Of a stretch of DNA of 64,000 nt, positions 56,156-64,000 are shown piece by piece. The first letter of the stretch is position 1. Each line of letters begins with the position of its first letter. The translations under genes and the position numbers were made by a program. Source of the DNA: Cyclobacteriaceae bacterium (lineage in GTDB: Bacteria; Bacteroidota; Bacteroidia; Cytophagales; Cyclobacteriaceae); NCBI GenBank assembly GCA_016787625.1, contig JAEUUD010000001.1, positions 256 to 64,255 on the forward strand, written 5' to 3'. The notes under the pieces are model-generated. The model worked only from the letters and a program-made list of their open reading frames with translations, had not been told where the DNA came from and searched no databases.

Positions 56156-56950
56156 TTATTGGTTAAAAAGTCCACGGAGATCAACAATTCTCTGGTTGGT
56201 ACTATCCATCCGGATAAGTCCGCTACGGGGACGATCGAGGTCGATGATCATCAACACGGTGACCGAAAGCATGAAAGCAAATCCTCCGATGATGACCCAG
56301 TTGAGCGGGCCCTGATGATCGTAGCCAAGGAGGAAGGCGGATGTAAGACATAACAACAGCAGGAAATACATGATGGAGTCAGGGATCGTGGCCTCACCTG
56401 CCGACCGGCGTGTGGTCACAATGTCGATCATGTCATTCAGTGCGGGAATAATTTCTGACGTGAGAACTTTTGATTCATACGCCGGGGTTCTTGTATAGCT
56501 CATCACTTTTTTCCAGATCATCTTGCTGAGTGAATCGGATCGCTTCATGGTGCCCAGAATCGCTGCAACGTCCATGCCCGTGGCGAAATAGTCGATCCGG
56601 GATTCCACGTACAGGCGAAGGTCTTCCCTCAGTTCTCTCCTGATGCTGTCTGGAAATGCTTCGGTCCTTAAAACGACGGTACCGATGGCGTTGGCCTCTT
56701 TCACAATCAACTCCCGCCTTGAATCAAATCGTGAATTGGACATGGAGAAAGCAAACGCCAGCAGAAGGCCCAGGATCCCCAGCAGCGTTCCGTTGACGGC
56801 CGAGAGGTTCGACTCACCAAACGCAGGATCACGGGCTATCTGTACCGACCTGACCTTCCGGCCTGCCAGGTACATGAGGATCAGAAGTACAAAAAGGACA
56901 GTAGCGACGGCAACGCCTGGAGCCGTTTGCATCAGGGATAGTGTTGGCAT
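56156..56950 (-). CDS. DUF4239 / bestrophin-like membrane protein
   Basis: LGLLLAFAFS, EANAIGT, IDLDRPRSG. Confidence 0.78.
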   Translation of the reverse strand: MPTLSLMQTAPGVAVATVLFVLLILMYLAGRKVRSVQIARDPAFGESNLSAVNGTLLGILGLLLAFAFSMSNSRFDSRRELIVKEANAIGTVVLRTEAFPDSIRRELREDLRLYVESRIDYFATGMDVAAILGTMKRSDSLSKMIWKKVMSYTRTPAYESKVLTSEIIPALNDMIDIVTTRRSAGEATIPDSIMYFLLLLCLTSAFLLGYDHQGPLNWVIIGGFAFMLSVTVLMIIDLDRPRSGLIRMDSTNQRIVDLRGLFNQ

Positions 56951-56975
56951 GGTTCTAATAATCCGCTAAATAACA

Positions 56976-58106
56976 TCAACCCCAGACATCCCTCAACAGG
57001 CGGACGGTATTGCCTCCGATGATTTTCTCCACGCGGGCTTCGGTGTGCCCCTTCTTGAGCAGGCGTTCGGCGATGAGTTCCAGCCTGTTGGGCGCATTGA
57101 GTTCAGGAACGAACATATAGACATTGGGGTCTTCACCCGGAGCAGCGATGCCTTGTTTTTGCCTCATGGCGACAAATTCTGCATGCGACTTTTTGTAAGC
57201 GTCTGTGACTTTGTGTGGTGTGATTGACAGGTCGCTGCCGATGCCCACATGATCTTCACCGCAGACATTTACCGCGTGTTCGATGTGACGGATCACATCC
57301 TGATCCGATGTCTGGACGCCCATCGTGAGGAAGGGCATCATATAAATGCCGATGACGCCACCTTTGTCAGCCATCGCCTTCAGTTCCTCGTCACGTTTGT
57401 TGCGAGGTCGTTGTGCAATGGCGTTGCATCCTGAATGGGTAAACGCCACGGGCGCCTTCGATTCGCGGATGCCGTCGGCTGTCGTTTGTTGTCCGCAGTG
57501 GGAAAGATCGATCAACACCTTGCGTGCATTGAGCTCGGCCACAGCGTTGCGGCCCAACTGGCTGAGGCCGCCATTGGCTGACTCCAGGCACCCGTCGCCA
57601 ATGAGGTTACGAACGTTGTAAGTAAGTTGAACGATGCGAACGCCAAAGCTGCTAAACAACTCAATTCTACTCAGGTCACTTCCAAACACCGATGCATCCT
57701 GAAAACCGTAGATGAGTCCAAGTTTCTTTTGTTGCTTGGCGGCCTGCAGATCATTGACAGTGCGGATTCTCATCAGTGATTCCGGGTGCGCGGCAATTTC
57801 TCTTTCCCACATCGCGATCCGCCCGAAATTATCCTCAACCGTTCCGCCGCCGCCCACCGTCAGGTTAACGGCCGTGATACCTGAAGCAACAGCATTGGCC
57901 ACCATGTCAGGCGACAGTGTTGTAAATCGTTCAGAGGTATTGAAAGGTCCGGGGCTTGCAAGAAAATCAATAACGATAGCCCTTGAATATCCAGGCCACT
58001 GGTCTGGACCGGGTTGTTTTCCCCAGGCGAGTTGAAGAGGGACTAACGGAGCCACAGTCATGGCTGTAGCAAGTCGGGTAAAATTTCTCCGGCTGATGGA
58101 TGTCAT
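56976..58106 (-). CDS. Membrane dipeptidase (peptidase M19) with Tat signal
   Basis: SRRNF, QLTYN, IDLSH, THS, HVGIGSD. Confidence 0.88.
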   Translation of the reverse strand: MTSISRRNFTRLATAMTVAPLVPLQLAWGKQPGPDQWPGYSRAIVIDFLASPGPFNTSERFTTLSPDMVANAVASGITAVNLTVGGGGTVEDNFGRIAMWEREIAAHPESLMRIRTVNDLQAAKQQKKLGLIYGFQDASVFGSDLSRIELFSSFGVRIVQLTYNVRNLIGDGCLESANGGLSQLGRNAVAELNARKVLIDLSHCGQQTTADGIRESKAPVAFTHSGCNAIAQRPRNKRDEELKAMADKGGVIGIYMMPFLTMGVQTSDQDVIRHIEHAVNVCGEDHVGIGSDLSITPHKVTDAYKKSHAEFVAMRQKQGIAAPGEDPNVYMFVPELNAPNRLELIAERLLKKGHTEARVEKIIGGNTVRLLRDVWG

Positions 58107-58118
58107 ATGGGCTTGAAT

Positions 58119-58520
58119 TTACCTGTAGTTCTTCAGGTGTGGAAGTGTTTTCTCAGAAGGCTTTCCCTTCAACTTCACAATGTCGGTAGGCGTCTTGCAA
58201 AGCACTGCCGACTGGCTGAAGATCACAATCGGATATTTCACGAGGTGGCCGTGGTGTGTGAGCACGTTGAGCCAGCCGTCCATGGTCAGGTTGTTGGCAC
58301 CGACTTTCTTATAGTCCTGATGGGATTGATCGAGGAGATCATTGGGGTGCATGCCGAGCATGGTGACGACTTCTCGCCAGTAGGTCGGAGAGAATTTCTC
58401 ATGGCGGACATCCACTTCGTTGATGTGGCTGCAAAGGTCGAGGGCCAGGGCCTTGGTCTGACGACCTACATTGGACTGCGGGTCGTAGATCAGGAACAGT
58501 TCATTTGGGTGAAATTGCAT
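58119..58520 (-). CDS. ArsC/Spx-like thioredoxin-fold protein
   Basis: Start ATG 58520 (MQFHPNE); GWLNVLTHHGHLVKYPIV resembles the ArsC-family hP.LhkrPI motif. Confidence 0.65.
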   Translation of the reverse strand: MQFHPNELFLIYDPQSNVGRQTKALALDLCSHINEVDVRHEKFSPTYWREVVTMLGMHPNDLLDQSHQDYKKVGANNLTMDGWLNVLTHHGHLVKYPIVIFSQSAVLCKTPTDIVKLKGKPSEKTLPHLKNYR

Positions 58521-58607
58521 GGTGGCTGGTTTGGTCTTTGGGTAAGTGAATATACTGAAAAAGACTACAGGGCCGGCTTGTCTTCCATCGGTTTGTGTCC
58601 AATGTTC

Positions 58608-58615
58608 TATTTTTG
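58608..58615 (+). promoter_or_regulatory. -7 promoter element (TATTTTTG)
   Basis: TAnnTTTG 18 bp upstream of the acyltransferase ATG. Confidence 0.5.
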
Positions 58616-58633
58616 CGCTGAAAAATTTCGACG

Positions 58634-59500
58634 ATGCAGGCTCTTGCCTACTATTTGGGTTTTCCATTCATCTATATACTGGCTTCCCTGCCGTTCCGGG
58701 CGTTGTACGCCGTCAGCGATGTCATCTGTCTGTTGATCCGGCTGTCCGGATACCGGCGCGAAGTGATTCGCACGAACCTGCGGAAGTCGTTCCCCGAAAA
58801 GAGCGAGGATGAGATCAGGCAGTTGTCGCGTGCATACTACAGCTACATGTGCGATCTGATGGTGGAGACGTTCAAGACGATGAAGATGACCGAAGCGGAA
58901 CATCACGAACGCGTGAAGATTGAAAACCCGGAAGTGCTGCAGCCTTTTTTTGATAAGAAACAAAGCATTGCCCTGGCTTTGGGTCACTATGGCAACTGGG
59001 AATGGTACGGACCGAGTGTCACGCTCAATACACCTTACCAGCTGGTGGTCATCTACCGCCCGTTGACAAATCCATATTTCGAACGCATGATGACCAGGAT
59101 GCGTACACGCTTTGGCACGGAGATCACCCCTACCCATCAGACGTTGCGGACGATGGCTGCCAATAAAAACCGCGTTACCGCGCTGGCTTTTGTGGCCGAT
59201 CAGGCTGCCCCCGCCAACGCATACTGGACGAATTTCCTCCATCAGGATACATCGGTGTTTACCGGCCTTGAAAAGCTTGCATCACGCTTCAACTATCCGG
59301 TGGTTTATCTGCACTCAAAGCGCATCAGCCGTGGCCATTACACCATCCGCTTTGAAGTCATGTATCATGAACCTTCCAAGACCTCCGACAATGAGATCTC
59401 GGAGGCTTTTACCCGCCGGCTGGAAAAGGATATCATCCAGGAGCCTGTGATCTGGCTATGGTCTCACAAGCGCTGGAAGCACACCAGGCCCACGGTTTGA
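58634..59500 (+). CDS. lpxL: Lipid A late acyltransferase (LpxL/HtrB family)
   Basis: NLRKSFPE, GHYGNWEW, VADQ, WLWSHKRWK. Confidence 0.87.
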   Translation: MQALAYYLGFPFIYILASLPFRALYAVSDVICLLIRLSGYRREVIRTNLRKSFPEKSEDEIRQLSRAYYSYMCDLMVETFKTMKMTEAEHHERVKIENPEVLQPFFDKKQSIALALGHYGNWEWYGPSVTLNTPYQLVVIYRPLTNPYFERMMTRMRTRFGTEITPTHQTLRTMAANKNRVTALAFVADQAAPANAYWTNFLHQDTSVFTGLEKLASRFNYPVVYLHSKRISRGHYTIRFEVMYHEPSKTSDNEISEAFTRRLEKDIIQEPVIWLWSHKRWKHTRPTV

Positions 59501-59510
59501 GGAATATTGC

Positions 59511-59518
59511 TACCTTTG
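59511..59518 (+). promoter_or_regulatory. -7 promoter element (TACCTTTG)
   Basis: TAnnTTTG upstream of the desaturase. Confidence 0.5.
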
Positions 59519-59537
59519 TGGCTTATTCCATCAGCCG

Positions 59538-60527
59538 TTGCGAACAGAAAAAGAACTGCTCCTCGCGAGCAAACAATTTATCGGTGACAACAAGGCCCGT
59601 AGCTGGTTTGAAACCCTGATTACCATCGGTCTGATCGCTGCCCTCCTGACACTCTGCTTCTTTACCCAGGTTCCTTTCCTCATACGCCTCGGCGCCAGCA
59701 TCATCTGTGGGCTGCTTTATGTACGCCTTTTCGTGATTTACCACGACTACCGTCACCGGGCCATCTTGTTGAATTCCAAGCCGGCAAGCCTCCTGATGAA
59801 GGTTGTTGGATTGTATGTGCTGGCTCCGGAAACGATCTGGATGCGCTCCCATGAGCACCACCACAACAACAACTCCAAGCTGACCATGTCAGGCATTGGC
59901 TCCTATCCAACCATTACAAAGTCCAGGTATCTGACATTGACCAAGTCGCAGCGCAGGTTGTACCTGATCAACCGGCATCCACTGACCATCATCTTCGGAT
60001 ACTTTACCCTTTTTATCTACTGGCTCAACCTGAAGTCATTCGTTCAAAGCCCTGGTAAGCATGTGGATTCGCTTCTTTCACTGTTGATCCACGCGGGTGT
60101 CGGAGCGGTCATCTGGTATTTCTTCGGATTTGGCGTTTATGTACTCACGTGGTTCCTGCCCATATTCATCATGTCGGGACTGGGTTCGTATCTCTTCTAT
60201 TGCCAGCATAATTTTCCAGCTGCCAAGTTCAGGGAGAACCATGATTGGTCGTATGCCAACGCTGCATTGTCGTCCACCAGCTATATGGTAATGAACCCTG
60301 TCATGCGCTGGTTCTGCGCCAACATCGGATACCACCACGTACACCACATCAATTCACGCATTCCCTTCTACCGCTTACGCGAAGCGATGGACAGCATGCC
60401 TGAATTAAAGAATGTAGGAACAACTTCCTGGAATCCTATCGAAGTCTGGCGTTGCTTCCGTCTCAAGTTGTGGGATGAGGATACCGAGAAGATGATTACC
60501 CTGCGCGAAGTGCGCGTACCTTCCTGA
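59538..60527 (+). CDS. Membrane fatty acid desaturase (Bacillus Des-like)
   Basis: Three His boxes HDYRH, HEHHH, HHVHH; TTG start. Confidence 0.9.
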   Translation: MRTEKELLLASKQFIGDNKARSWFETLITIGLIAALLTLCFFTQVPFLIRLGASIICGLLYVRLFVIYHDYRHRAILLNSKPASLLMKVVGLYVLAPETIWMRSHEHHHNNNSKLTMSGIGSYPTITKSRYLTLTKSQRRLYLINRHPLTIIFGYFTLFIYWLNLKSFVQSPGKHVDSLLSLLIHAGVGAVIWYFFGFGVYVLTWFLPIFIMSGLGSYLFYCQHNFPAAKFRENHDWSYANAALSSTSYMVMNPVMRWFCANIGYHHVHHINSRIPFYRLREAMDSMPELKNVGTTSWNPIEVWRCFRLKLWDEDTEKMITLREVRVPS

Positions 60528-60528
60528 T

Positions 60529-61575
60529 TCAGTTCAAGTCAACAACAGCCTTCCGCTCATGGCTCTTCCGGGCGGCTTCTATCACTTTCATCACCATCAG
60601 TCCTTCCTCTCCCGTTACCGGAATTTTTCCACCCTTTGCGATGGCATCGTAGAGTTGATTGTAGTAACCCATATAATTACCCCGCAAACTGGCAATCCGT
60701 TGTTGCCTGGATTTTCCATCCACGGATGTATGCAGGAGTCCGTATGAAGATTCAGGTTCTGCGCCATAGTCTGGTGCATCAGGCCGGACGCCATCCATGA
60801 GTTGTGACTGTTGAACATCGCTCCTGCTTTTCGTCAATGAACCGTTTGTGCCGTGGATGACGAAGGCCGGGCCTTGTTCTCTCACGAGGTAGCTGCTCTT
60901 CAAGCGTACTCTCATTGAGGGATAATACAGGAGGATATCAAAATAGTCATCCACCTGAGAACCGTCTCGGCATATGCGGATGTCGGCAAAGACCTGTTGT
61001 GGAATACCAAACAAGACAAGCGCTTCATCGATGCAGTGTGGACCGAGATCCATCAGATTGCCAGCGCCGGGTCCCGGTGTTTCACGATGCCGTTTAGGGC
61101 TTAGTCCCGGATTGTAACGCTCGTACGCAATGGTTGCTTCAACCAGTTGACCAAGATGGCCTTCCGTGATGACTTTCCTAACGGTCATGAAGTCACTGTC
61201 CCACCGTCGGTTTTGATACACCGAGAGCACCTTGCCTCGTTTTTCCGAAAGGGTAATCAGCTCAGAGGCCTCCTGAGCGGTCGTCGTAAAGGCTTTTTCA
61301 ACAACGACATGCTTGCCGGCATTAAGGGCATCTGCGGCGAACGTTGCATGCGTCGACGTCGGCGTGTTGACAACGACAAGGTCAATGGATGAATCGATGA
61401 GTATTTCTTCCAGCGAGGAGTAGCGCTTTGATCCAGGATAGGCAGATTCAATCAGCCTGCCTGTCCGCTCCCAGCATCCTGCAAGACGAAATTCAGGATG
61501 AGCATTGAGAAATGGCGCGTGGAATACCCTTCCGGAAAGGCCAAAAGAAAGCAAGGCTGTATTGACGACCTGCAT
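60529..61575 (-). CDS. Gfo/Idh/MocA oxidoreductase (IolW/YdgJ-like)
   Basis: FGLSGRVFHAP, HVVVEKAF, QNRRWDSDF, DLGPH. Confidence 0.9.
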   Translation of the reverse strand: MQVVNTALLSFGLSGRVFHAPFLNAHPEFRLAGCWERTGRLIESAYPGSKRYSSLEEILIDSSIDLVVVNTPTSTHATFAADALNAGKHVVVEKAFTTTAQEASELITLSEKRGKVLSVYQNRRWDSDFMTVRKVITEGHLGQLVEATIAYERYNPGLSPKRHRETPGPGAGNLMDLGPHCIDEALVLFGIPQQVFADIRICRDGSQVDDYFDILLYYPSMRVRLKSSYLVREQGPAFVIHGTNGSLTKSRSDVQQSQLMDGVRPDAPDYGAEPESSYGLLHTSVDGKSRQQRIASLRGNYMGYYNQLYDAIAKGGKIPVTGEEGLMVMKVIEAARKSHERKAVVDLN

Positions 61576-61577
61576 GA

Positions 61578-62453
61578 TTACAATTCACGATCGATTGGTC
61601 GTGTGAGGCAAGTCGGGCCGCCACCGCCCTTAACGCTGATCTCAGCGCCTGCATACTCCATGACCTTGCATCCGGCTTTTTCGAGGCCCTCCTTCGTGCG
61701 CGGATTACCTTTGACCATCAGCACTTCACGCGGTCCGAGTGCCAGCACATTGCAGCCCATAGAATCAAACTCTGCATCCGGTACCTCGACAAACTGAAAG
61801 CCTCTTTTCAGAAGTTCATTCCTGAAAGGAATGGGAATCAATGGCGAGTACACCACGGCGAGATCAGCATCTACTGGGCTCAGCACGGACATCAGGTGAA
61901 AGACATCTGAGGGGCCTTTGTAGTGTGGCATGGGCACGGTGAGCACGGTCACGCCCAAAGGCTTCAGCATGGCGGAGAGTTGGCTGATACCTGATTCGTT
62001 CGTTCTGTAAGTATGTCCAACCGCCAAAGTTTTCTGATCCAGCCAGGCGACATCTCCACCTTCTACTGTTCCAGGTGCCTTGATGGCGCCCAATATTTTT
62101 ACTCCGGATTTCTCAAATGCTTTTCTCTGTGCTTCCGGTTCCGGCAAACGAGCCGCCTTGCCCATGTTGCAGAGGATCATTCCGCCATCTGTAGCGATGG
62201 ACGCGTCTCGGCAATAGATGGAATCCATGCTGACGCCTGGATCCTGGGGGAAATGGTGTATGGTTGCACCGGTACTCTTGATAAGCGATTCAAATGCCTG
62301 GTATTCTCCTGAAGCAGCAGCAAGGTCAGGTCTTGACAGGAAGTTCAGCGCTTTCCACTCGCGGTCGATGAGCTGGTCATTGATGAATGCATCGGCGGAC
62401 CGCTTGATAAACACGGACTTGATCCTTGCAAAGTCTGAATGGCAGGTCTTCAT
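61578..62453 (-). CDS. Amidinotransferase / dimethylarginine dimethylaminohydrolase / arginine deiminase superfamily protein
   Basis: DSIYCRD, EGGD, FHLMS, GGGPTCLTRP (catalytic Cys); start ATG 62453. Confidence 0.88.
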   Translation of the reverse strand: MKTCHSDFARIKSVFIKRSADAFINDQLIDREWKALNFLSRPDLAAASGEYQAFESLIKSTGATIHHFPQDPGVSMDSIYCRDASIATDGGMILCNMGKAARLPEPEAQRKAFEKSGVKILGAIKAPGTVEGGDVAWLDQKTLAVGHTYRTNESGISQLSAMLKPLGVTVLTVPMPHYKGPSDVFHLMSVLSPVDADLAVVYSPLIPIPFRNELLKRGFQFVEVPDAEFDSMGCNVLALGPREVLMVKGNPRTKEGLEKAGCKVMEYAGAEISVKGGGGPTCLTRPIDREL

Positions 62454-62455
62454 GA

Positions 62456-63763
62456 TTAACTTCTTGCTCTTCGCATCCACACGTAGAAGGGAATGCCGCA
62501 CAGCAACGCAACAAATCCCCAATAAACGATCTCCTGGCCGGAGCCAACCACCGCCCATACAGAATAGACGAATGCCATGGCCGCGATGATCATATTGCTG
62601 ATGGAGTCTTTCTTCCAGAATCGGTTTTGCAAAAGGATGACGCCGTATGAGGCCGCTGAGAAGAGATAAGGTACCAACACCATGATGGTCGTCAACAGGA
62701 TGAGGAATGTAAAAGTCTCTGTCAACCCTTTCGAAAGGTTCATCAGCATGAGGCCAGTGATGAGGATGCTGGAGATCACCAAGCCCATGACGGGAGACTT
62801 TCTGTTGTTCTCCCTGCCGAAAATTTCCGGGAACATTTTGTCTTTCGCTGCGGCGAAAGGTATTTGTCCTTGAAGGAGTATCCAGCCATTCAGTGCGCCG
62901 AAGGTGGAGATGATGGCGCCGATGGCCACCCAGTACCGGGCCGAGTCACCCCAGATGATGGCGGCGGCATCCGAGAACGGTGCATTGGACTTCTGAAGAT
63001 CTACAGATGGTATCATGCCCATGACGGCGATGGTAGCGAGAATATAGACCGCGATAGTGAGTATGGTGCCGATCATCGTGGCACGGCCGATGGTCTTCTC
63101 TGGATTGACGATGTCTCCGGAAGGAATCGTCGCACTTTCCAAACCGAGGTAAGCGAATAAAGTCAGCGTGGCAGTCGCCGCTACCGCTCCGAAATCAGAA
63201 TCCGAGCTGACATTAAAGGGTGTGAAGTTGGCGAGGTCGATATAAAACAATCCTACAAACGAGATGAGCAAGAGGGGCGTGAGTTTCAGGATGGTCGTGA
63301 TCAACTGTACCTTGCCTGCTTCTTTTACACCCTGGACGTTGACCCAGGTGAGCAGCCAAACCACAGAGATGCCTGTACCTACAGCAAGGAACTTGTTGAC
63401 GGCAAGGATGGGAAAGAAAACCGTGAGGTAGCTGGTGAAGGTAACGGCAATCGCTGCATTCGTGCACCAGATCGAAAACCAGTATCCCCAGGCGACGAGG
63501 TAAGCAGCAAAGTCACCGAGGCCAACACGCGTAAACGCATAAGGGCCACCGATGGCGTTGGGGACGATCTTGCTGAGCTTGCTGAAAAGCAGTGCAAGAA
63601 AAATGGCTCCCACCGAGGAGCCAATCCAGCCGAGCAAACTGATGCCGCCATACGCCGCCAACGTCGCAGGCAGCAGGAAGACACCTGAACCAACCATATT
63701 TCCGACGACCAACGCCGTCGTCGTCCATAATCCGATCTTGGCCGGAGTCTTTTGCTCTGTCAT
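62456..63763 (-). CDS. APC-family amino acid permease (AdiC/PotE/ArcD-like)
   Basis: GNMVGSGVFLLP, GGPYAF, AYLGLESA; about 12 TMs. Confidence 0.92.
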   Translation of the reverse strand: MTEQKTPAKIGLWTTTALVVGNMVGSGVFLLPATLAAYGGISLLGWIGSSVGAIFLALLFSKLSKIVPNAIGGPYAFTRVGLGDFAAYLVAWGYWFSIWCTNAAIAVTFTSYLTVFFPILAVNKFLAVGTGISVVWLLTWVNVQGVKEAGKVQLITTILKLTPLLLISFVGLFYIDLANFTPFNVSSDSDFGAVAATATLTLFAYLGLESATIPSGDIVNPEKTIGRATMIGTILTIAVYILATIAVMGMIPSVDLQKSNAPFSDAAAIIWGDSARYWVAIGAIISTFGALNGWILLQGQIPFAAAKDKMFPEIFGRENNRKSPVMGLVISSILITGLMLMNLSKGLTETFTFLILLTTIMVLVPYLFSAASYGVILLQNRFWKKDSISNMIIAAMAFVYSVWAVVGSGQEIVYWGFVALLCGIPFYVWMRRARS

Positions 63764-63908
63764 TCGATGGCGGTTAGTTGCCTGCCGGTAAGATACAGAT
63801 AGGACGCGGAATAGCCTATCCGGGCGTTTTTGGGGCGGACTTAAAACTTTTTGGAAGGCCCTGTCATCATGGAGTTTTGTACGTTAATCAACAAAACCAT
63901 CAACGACT

Positions 63909-64000
63909 ATGAAGAAGCTTTTTATCATGCTCTTCCTGGCATGCCTTGCTTCCGGTGTACAGGCTCAGGACGAGAAAGTCATGGAACAGCGGGCCAGGGA
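63909..64000 (+). CDS. Start of a secreted protein, truncated by the window edge
   Basis: MKKLFIMLFLACLASGVQAQDEKVMEQRAR (signal peptide). Confidence 0.7.
   Translation, partial: MKKLFIMLFLACLASGVQAQDEKVMEQRAR

Overview
This window looks like Bacteroidota chromosomal DNA, probably Cytophagales, judged from TAnnTTTG promoter motifs, a short sigma-70 factor and an XrtF exosortase. The left 27.6 kb is a minus-strand Wzx/Wzy-type surface-polysaccharide locus. It holds wza, wzc, two MBOAT + SGNH-like acylation pairs, LegB- and PtmE-like nucleotide-sugar enzymes, wzx, about seven glycosyltransferases, a PglC/PglD/PglE-like set and an exosortase F module. It ends in a large secreted beta-rich protein that runs off the left edge and is missing from the ORF track. 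The centre has a penicillin acylase, a GxxExxY nuclease-like gene enclosed by inverted arrays of 8-bp repeats, a remodelled tRNA-Pro duplicate, three tRNAs (Pro-UGG, Arg-UCU, Ser-GCU), BatB/BatC-like genes, a heptamer tandem repeat, an M16 peptidase pair, and a K+/H+ antiporter preceded by a putative leader ORF, a hairpin and an uncalled 30-aa membrane peptide. The right part has VPS10, PLD, PHP, histidine kinase and IorAB genes, an amidohydrolase, a small protein-csp-sigma70 module, and assorted metabolic genes. No CRISPR array, integrase or transposase was seen. All assignments come from reading motifs by eye; no searches were run.
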